A DNA stretch of 64,000 bases from Cladosporium halotolerans (lineage: Eukaryota): the NCBI RefSeq assembly GCF_011745625.1, contig NW_027191456.1, forward strand, positions 124,001 to 188,000. The letters are read 5' to 3'. Below, piece by piece: positions 57,639 through 64,000 of this stretch (position 1 is the first letter of the stretch; each line of letters begins with the position of its first letter). A program made the translations under genes and the position numbers. A model generated the notes under the pieces. The model saw only the letters and a program-made list of their open reading frames with translations. It did not search any database and was not told the origin of the DNA.

Positions 57639-58163
57639 GGCTGAAAAACTATCGTTGGGGATGAAATCGTAACGCATATGCGAACGATATTGAGAGTGTG
57701 CTTTAGTCAGATTTATGTTGCGAGCTGTACCGATATTTGCCCACTTCCCTCTAAAGGTTAGGTCCGGTGTTTGCAGAGTCACATAGCCATCAAACCAAAC
57801 CCTTTCGCAAGCGCGGATCATCTCAACCAAAAGAGGACAGCGCTTTAAGGCTTCGGTTGCCACTATAGTTTGCCCGCACACTCTCGCTCACACGCATGTA
57901 TGTGTCAAAGAAAAATGCGTATACCCGTAACTAGGGTTCAGTCCTGTCAAAAGCCTCCGGTTTAGTCCCGATGGACTTGAACCCGCCTCAACCGCCGCTG
58001 TTCAGCATATTAACGACAAAGGAAATTTTCTGCTATGATGCTGTAGAATGGTATCTGCTCCCCGCACTTGCCCCCAAGTTCATCCCTTAATGCAAAGCCC
58101 AAACCAAACAACAAAACGCCTCGTACGCCTCGCTCCATCCCGCAAACGATCTCCCAAGCCCTC

Positions 58164-59072
<909 letters not shown>

Positions 59073-59284
59073 TTAGCTGTCCACTCCAACCCACTCTGGC
59101 CAATGATGCTGCAGCTTGCACTGGAGAGGGCGCTTCACGGTTAGATCCGAGCTCCCATCTCCGCAATCTTGAGACCGCGCGCCCGCATCGCATCGCATGC
59201 CGGGCTTCGGAAGACCCTCCATGCGCTGGATCGCAGCTACACCTGCACCGGCCATCGGAGTGCAACCACAACTGACGGCTCAGA

Positions 59285-60912
59285 ATGGCCGACCAATCGG
59301 ACGTCAGGCAGTTCCCTGACGTCAAGGATAAGCTCGCTGCACCCAAGAAGCTCTCACAATTCGAACGCGACCGACAATATGCTGAAGCTAAGAGGATACG
59401 CGAGGAAGAGGAAAATGCTGCGGCATTGAAGGAATTCGAGGAATCTTTCGCCAACGAAGACGATGACGATCAGGATGATGCTCTTTCGCAAAGAATGGGC
59501 GGTCGGGGCAGCAGGGGAGGCCCTAGCGGGCCGAGAGGAAATGGTTTCGGCGGTGGAGGGCGATATCCGACAGGACCAAGGAGTGGGCCAGGGAGTCTAC
59601 CTGGACCAGGGATGGGCATGCCTCCTAGTTTGAAGCGTAAACGAGAGCTAGAAGTAGCGCGTGAGGCAGCTGAAGACCTCAGAATGGAGGGCGACTTCGG
59701 CTTCGACAAAAGAGACGGCTCTCGAGAAAGTCATTCGCCCGCAGTCGTACAGGAGGTAGAAAGAGAAGATACCACTCCGAAGCCCACCCTGCAACTTTCA
59801 TCAATACCACCTGGCACAAGCATAGAAGAAATCAAGGCACTGCTTGCCAGCTTTGTCAAGGTACACTCCGTTCGATTCAACCCACCTGGTGGACCTGGTT
59901 CCGCGAGAAAGGCGCTCACGGCAATTGCTACCCTGGACTCGAGCGCCTCTGCCGGCCAGATCGACACAGCAGTCAGCAGTCTCCGCGATCGGTACATGGG
60001 ATGCGGCTTTCGACTCTACGTGTCCCGCCACCTTTCCTCCGCCGCGCAGTACCAAGGGATAGGAGCAACAGGCAATTCAGCGTCTGCCGAGCCTTTCGGC
60101 GCGCAGAGGAGCCGCAACTCGAACCCAAGACATTCCATGCGAAACGCCCCTCCGCCCCGCGACCAAAGAGGGTTTGCGCCACCAGAATACTACGATCAGC
60201 AAGGACCGGCAGTGAGGTCAGCAGCGGCGCAGGTCGAAGTACACCCGCCCCTAGACATTTCCACCATCCGCGCAATACACACCATCTCGGGCAAGATCCT
60301 CGCACAGAAAGACGCAAACCGGGCCCTTGAAATGGAAGCACTGTTGATGACTCTGCCCGAGGTGCAGAAAGACGAACGCTTCTCCTTCCTCTACGACAGC
60401 AAATCTCCCGCTGGCTTGTACTACCGCTTCTGTCTATGGGGTCCAGACAAACTGGAGGATCAAAAGCGCAACGCCAAAGGACCCGAACGCATCTTCAAGG
60501 ACCTGGACATGGACTGGCTCCCCCCATACAAAGAAACCCCATTCCTCGACCTCACCAGCCTCGCCGACGCCGCAGACCACATAGACTACGATACGAGCGA
60601 CGACGAAGCCGACGACGACGGCGACGAGCGCAAACTCAACAGCGGCCCCGGCGGCGACACCGACACGCGACGCACCGAGCGATCCCGCCTCACGCCCCTC
60701 CAAAGAGCGCGCTTCGTCCGCCTCCTCTCCCGCCTGCCCACGAGCATCGCCCGGCTCCGCCAGGGCGATATCGCGCGCATCTCCAACTACGTCGTCAACC
60801 ACGCCGCCGGCGGCGCGGAAGAATTCGTCGACCTGCTCCTGCTCAACGTCGAGAAGCCCTTCTCCTGCTCCCAGGCGGCCAAATACGACCCGCCGGGCTC
60901 CGACTCCGAACC

Positions 60913-60988
<76 letters not shown>

Positions 60989-61711
60989 AACGAAGATGAC
61001 GACGACGACGACGACGACGACTACGAACCCACCGACTCCCTCCCCAACCCCACCCAACAACCGGCCGAAGACCCCTCCAACCCCAAGCTCATCGCCCTCT
61101 ACACCATCTCCGACATCCTCTCCGCCAGCTCGACGGCCGGCGCGCGCAACGCCTGGAAATACCGCACGCTCTTCGAAGCCGGCCTGACGCAGCAGAAAAC
61201 CTTCCAGCGCCTCGGCCGGCTGGACAAAGAGCTCGGCTGGGGCCGGCTGAAAGCCGAGCAGTGGAAGCGCAAGGTCGGCGTCGTGCTGGGCGTGTGGGAG
61301 GGGTGGAGCGTGTTCTCTGCGGCGGTGCTGGAGGCGCTGCGGAGGGATCTCTTCGAGATGCCGGCGGCTGGGGAGGACGAGGAGCGGGAGAGGGAGGAGA
61401 GGGTTAAGAAAGCGGAGGAGGGGGGCGGTGGTTGGATGAGTAAGTTTAAGAAGGTCGAGGCGCAGGCGCCGGCGCCGGTTAAGCAGGAGGTTGGGAGGAG
61501 TGAGGAGCGCGGTCGGCCTGCTCCTGACGCTAACAAGACTTCGGGTGGTCGGAATGGGGCGGGCGATGAGCCTGGCTCTAAAGCCCAGGAGCCCGCAGCA
61601 GCGGCCGCGTCGAAAGGCGGTATTGCGCTGAAAGCCGCGTCAAAAGGGCCCGTTGCGCCTAAAAGGCGAATGAGGGCGGAAGACATGTTTGGCGACAGTG
61701 ATGGGGAGTAA
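59285..61711 (+). CDS. U2 snRNP-associated SURP-motif protein (SR140/U2SURP-like; RRM, SURP, CID)
   Basis: KLAAPKKLSQFER, RRM-like segment, SURP-like EALLM...FSFLYD...YYRF, KLIALYTISDILS, WGRLKAEQWKRKVGVVLGVWEGW. Confidence 0.8.
60914..61021 (+). repeat. Coding microsatellite (AACGGC)x12 (Asn-Gly) followed by a GAC run (poly-Asp)
   Basis: Read directly in the sequence; protein reads PNGNG...NNEDDDDDDDDDY. Confidence 0.95.
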
Positions 61712-61968
61712 CGTAGCTACGACACGAATTGAAGAGAAATCATTCACATACACTTTCACAGTGGAGCACAAGGCACTGCCTGAGCTTGGGGAAAAGACCG
61801 TGTATATTCAAGATACGAACGAGAATGATCCAATAATCCCTGATGTGCTAACCAAATGAACGTGCACATCACCCTTTCTTTCCGATTCGTTGCTCCGCTC
61901 CTTCCCTCCGCCACCTTCTGGCCACTTCAAAATAGCCTCGTCGTTCGCCTCCGAAGGTCTTGATCCAA

Positions 61969-64000
61969 TCAAGCTCCACCACCGATGAGACTCTGCGAGT
62001 CCTCATCAGGGTAATAGAAAGCGCCCACAGCGATAATGACATACGCCGCGATGAGCAGACTGCCCTCGAGGTAATTACTCCTGCCATCAAGCACCAGGAA
62101 GTTAACGACGAAAGCCGTCGCGAACAAACTGATAGTCTCGAAAAGGTTGAAGTACAGACTCATATCCGTGCCCAGGATCCAGCCGAGCAAGACGACGACT
62201 GGCGTGACGAACAGCGCGATCTGGATGCTGGAGCCGACGGCGACGCCGATGGCCAGGTCCATCTTGTTCTTGGCGGCGACAGTGACGGCCGTGACGTGCT
62301 CGGCGGCGTTGCCGACGATGGGCAGGATGATGAGACCGATGAAGGCCTGGCTGACGGGCGAGTCGTCGATCATCTCGGGGATGGCGTCGACGAGGAACTC
62401 GGCGCAGACGGCGACGAGGGCGGTGGAAAGGAGGAGCATGACGACAGCGGCGGTGCGGGACATCTCGAGCTTGCCGGTTTCAGGGTCGACGTCGCCTTCT
62501 TCGTTCTCGGACTTGACGCGCTGGTGCTGGAATGGCGGCAGAGGGTCGGTTCTGACTTGAGTAGGCACAGCGGAAGTTCCAGCCGGCGTTTGCTGGCGGT
62601 TGAGACGGTCGGGCAGAGAGTTCGTGCGACGGATCGTGGGACGGCCACGGAAGGTGGGCACAGGAGTCTGCGAAGACGAGGCTGGTGGCTGTGGCGTAGC
62701 AAAGACATTGTTCGAGAGCATCTTGGTCAAGCCAGGACGGAATGCCGGTGCACGTGTTGAGAAGCCACGCATATTAAACGGGCGCCTCGCAGCAGATGAA
62801 TCTGCAACCGGCTGGCTTTCAGCGTCGTCAATGTTCTCAGCAAAACCAACTCGAGGGCCGCTGTGGCTTCTCACAGATTCGACTTGCTGCATTGGAGGTT
62901 TCTCGCTAGCGCTAGCGACGTCTTCACCTGAACGATAACGACGCTTCTTTTGGTGCTTCTTGTGATGTCTCTTGGACTTCTTACGCTCCAAAGACTTGGT
63001 AACGTCTCCTCCATTGGCATCACCGAAATCGCGGACACGGGTTGTGTTGTTGTTACCAGCCTCGATGTCCGCGTCCAGATTGTCATCGTCGTGTCTGACG
63101 GGGCTGAGCACTGACTGGCGACGGGAAGGTTCATGACTGGCAATGGCATGCTCCCAGGAGCTGCCTTGACGCTCCATAGTGGTAGCCGCAGAGCTCAAGA
63201 CCGACGCAGATGGCGAAGTGGTGCTGTTGGTGCTGGCGCTAGACTTGCGGTGACGGCGATGCTTGATCATACGCTTGATACGCCTCTTCGCGGTCCGCAC
63301 AGAACCAGAAGCATCAGAGCTGTCAGAATCCGAGCTTGAGCTGCTGCTTGAAGATTCGGATGACGAGGATGAGTCCAGCATATCAGCCAGAACACCGGGG
63401 TGAGATTCTTCATCGATGATTTCCTGAGGCGTGCTTTCGTACAGGTAGGCGTGAGACTTGAGCTGGAAAAGCAGATAGAGACCGTAGACCAGGAGAAGCA
63501 CCACACTGGTGCCACGACTGACAGCCAAAACTGCGGTCTGAGCCTCAGCTCCCTTTTCTTCCTTGAAAGAGGCGTGGAAGGCAGTCTGTGCAGAACAGTT
63601 AGTAAACGAACAGCTTAATGAGTAGGTAAGGTAGAGATGACCACTCACCGGAAGCAAGAGAGACATGACACTCAGACTGAGCAAGCAAGCACTCATCTGA
63701 GTGACAGTGCTGTTGTAGATCTGCTCTCTGTACCTGAGGCCACCAAGAAGGAAAGCCATGCCAAGGATGAGAAGCAAGTTGGCCAAGATGGAGCCAAGCA
63801 AAGAAGCTTGTACGATGCGGATCTCGTTCTTGACCAGAGCGATGATGAAGATGATCAATTCCACAGCGTTTCCGAATGTGACATTGAGCAGCGCGCCGAG
63901 ACTGTCGCCGAGACGGCTAGCCACGCTCTCAGTAGCGTGACTGAGCAGACCTGCCAGCGGAACGATGGCAACTGCGTTCAATGCGAAGATGATCGTGGGA
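61969..64000 (-). CDS. Ca2+/H+ antiporter (CaCA, Vcx1-like) with a long cytosolic loop; 5' end beyond the window
   Basis: alpha-1 repeat NVTFGNAVELII and alpha-2 repeat PIVGNAAEH, IGVAVGSSIQIAL, DGRSNYLEG; intron ~63586-63648. Confidence 0.9.
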   Translation of the reverse strand, partial: PTIIFALNAVAIVPLAGLLSHATESVASRLGDSLGALLNVTFGNAVELIIFIIALVKNEIRIVQASLLGSILANLLLILGMAFLLGGLRYREQIYNSTVTQMSACLLSLSVMSLLLPVSGHLYLTYSLSCSFTNCSAQTAFHASFKEEKGAEAQTAVLAVSRGTSVVLLLVYGLYLLFQLKSHAYLYESTPQEIIDEESHPGVLADMLDSSSSSESSSSSSSSDSDSSDASGSVRTAKRRIKRMIKHRRHRKSSASTNSTTSPSASVLSSAATTMERQGSSWEHAIASHEPSRRQSVLSPVRHDDDNLDADIEAGNNNTTRVRDFGDANGGDVTKSLERKKSKRHHKKHQKKRRYRSGEDVASASEKPPMQQVESVRSHSGPRVGFAENIDDAESQPVADSSAARRPFNMRGFSTRAPAFRPGLTKMLSNNVFATPQPPASSSQTPVPTFRGRPTIRRTNSLPDRLNRQQTPAGTSAVPTQVRTDPLPPFQHQRVKSENEEGDVDPETGKLEMSRTAAVVMLLLSTALVAVCAEFLVDAIPEMIDDSPVSQAFIGLIILPIVGNAAEHVTAVTVAAKNKMDLAIGVAVGSSIQIALFVTPVVVLLGWILGTDMSLYFNLFETISLFATAFVVNFLVLDGRSNYLEGSLLIAAYVIIAVGAFYYPDEDSQSLIGGGA

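Overview
Gene-dense, intron-containing genomic DNA of a filamentous ascomycete. The gene set and short GT-AG introns with CTRAC branch points suggest Pezizomycotina, possibly Dothideomycetes; the taxon is inferred. Positions 1-13.3 kb hold a fungal N-acetylglucosamine (GlcNAc) utilisation cluster: an Ngt1/UNC-93-like MFS transporter, GlcN-6-P deaminase, an Ndt80-family regulator (Ron1/Rep1-like), a GH3+GNAT sensor-type protein (Ngs1/Nag3-like) and GlcNAc-6-P deacetylase, with a tRNA-Ser(AGA) inside it. Just past the cluster is an unexplained ~200-nt tRNA-like Pol III element with a large structured insert. At 14.9-15.7 kb lies a non-coding host gene, invisible to the ORF track, with three intronic box C/D snoRNAs and a possible recursive-splicing (AG|GTAAG) site. 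The rest is mostly housekeeping: NCB2, an SDR, a FAD oxidoreductase, an Rds1-like protein, GH1, LYS2, an RBR ligase, VPS35, a divergent sugar porter/GH5 pair, NIC96 with an unusual in-frame upstream extension, seipin, ETR1, a Med27-like protein, DPM1, a U2SURP-like protein, a VCX1-like antiporter and a few orphan ORFs. No transposon, CRISPR array or RIP-like AT-rich block was seen. Family assignments come from recognised motifs and recalled sequences, not from database searches.
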